Below are positions 38,423 through 38,775 of a DNA stretch of 38,775 nucleotides, piece after piece. The position numbers and the translations under genes are program-made. The notes under the pieces are model-generated. The model made no database searches. It saw only the letters and a program-made list of their open reading frames with translations, and was not told the DNA's origin. Position 1 is the first letter of the stretch; each line of letters opens with the position of its first letter. Origin of the DNA: Nitrospirales bacterium (GTDB taxonomy: Bacteria; Nitrospirota; Nitrospiria; Nitrospirales; UBA8639); assembly GCA_036443915.1 (NCBI GenBank), contig JAZFZJ010000041.1:1-38775 (forward strand), written 5' to 3'.

Positions 38423-38775
38423 TTAGGAAGAGGGAGAGCTTGGATTAGGAGGATCCATGGCACACCGAAAGCCTACGCTTGCATCCGATCTCCACATCTT
38501 AGCCGAAAAGCGTTTGGTGACACGCGCGCCCAATCGAGACTCTCTCCAGGAGCCTCCCCGAATCACTTTAAATACGTCATCTATCTTTGGTCCTTTTGGA
38601 TCACGGTAGGGCGCCTTTTGATAGTAATCAGCTACATAATCATCCATGACCCACTCGGCCACATTCCCCGTGGCATCATACAAACCAAAGGGGCTCCGCC
38701 CCACTTCGAAAGATCCCACTGGGGCTAAATATTGAAACCCATCATCCTTCCCATCCACATTGGCAAATTGATATT
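38423..38775 (-). CDS. FGE-sulfatase domain protein, C-terminal part (truncated by window edge)
   Basis: APVGSF, SPFGLYDATGNVAEW, IRGGSW, GFRCA; frame open to the edge. Confidence 0.88.
   Translation of the reverse strand, partial: YQFANVDGKDDGFQYLAPVGSFEVGRSPFGLYDATGNVAEWVMDDYVADYYQKAPYRDPKGPKIDDVFKVIRGGSWRESRLGARVTKRFSAKMWRSDASVGFRCAMDPPNPSSPSS

Noticed and set aside
1-38775. CRISPR arrays, tRNA/rRNA, IS elements, prophage or defence genes
   Set aside because: No spaced direct repeats, RNA gene signatures, transposase or integrase; repeats seen are protein-level (NHL, WD40, TPR, PAS)

Overview
Chromosomal window whose gene content and order point to a nitrite-oxidizing bacterium of the Nitrospirales (inferred from family recognition; no rRNA marker is present). 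Housekeeping genes (ilvD; argS-tgt-yajC-secD-secF; a GT9 transferase; mobA) are interleaved with a large respiratory and maturation island that appears to serve periplasmic nitrite oxidoreductase (NXR), although nxrA/nxrB are not in the window. The island has three ethylbenzene-dehydrogenase-gamma-like (candidate NxrC) proteins, a TorD/DmsD chaperone and two tandem pentaheme cytochromes c with a PDZ protein. It also has a B12-radical-SAM/membrane/TPR/TatA/NHL cassette, an orphan NapF/G-like ferredoxin and an HExxH+Cys4 protein divergent from a WD40 protein. A sigma54 two-component system carries an unusual Cys4 insert in the regulator, and a cytochrome bd-like oxidase (no cydB in the window, no quinol motif) is followed by three c-type cytochromes. 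Manual reading found three small membrane ORFs (34-43 aa) missed by the ORF track near the oxidase operon, several sigma70-like promoters (including two face-to-face pairs) and structured terminators/hairpins. No tRNA, rRNA, CRISPR array or mobile element was seen.
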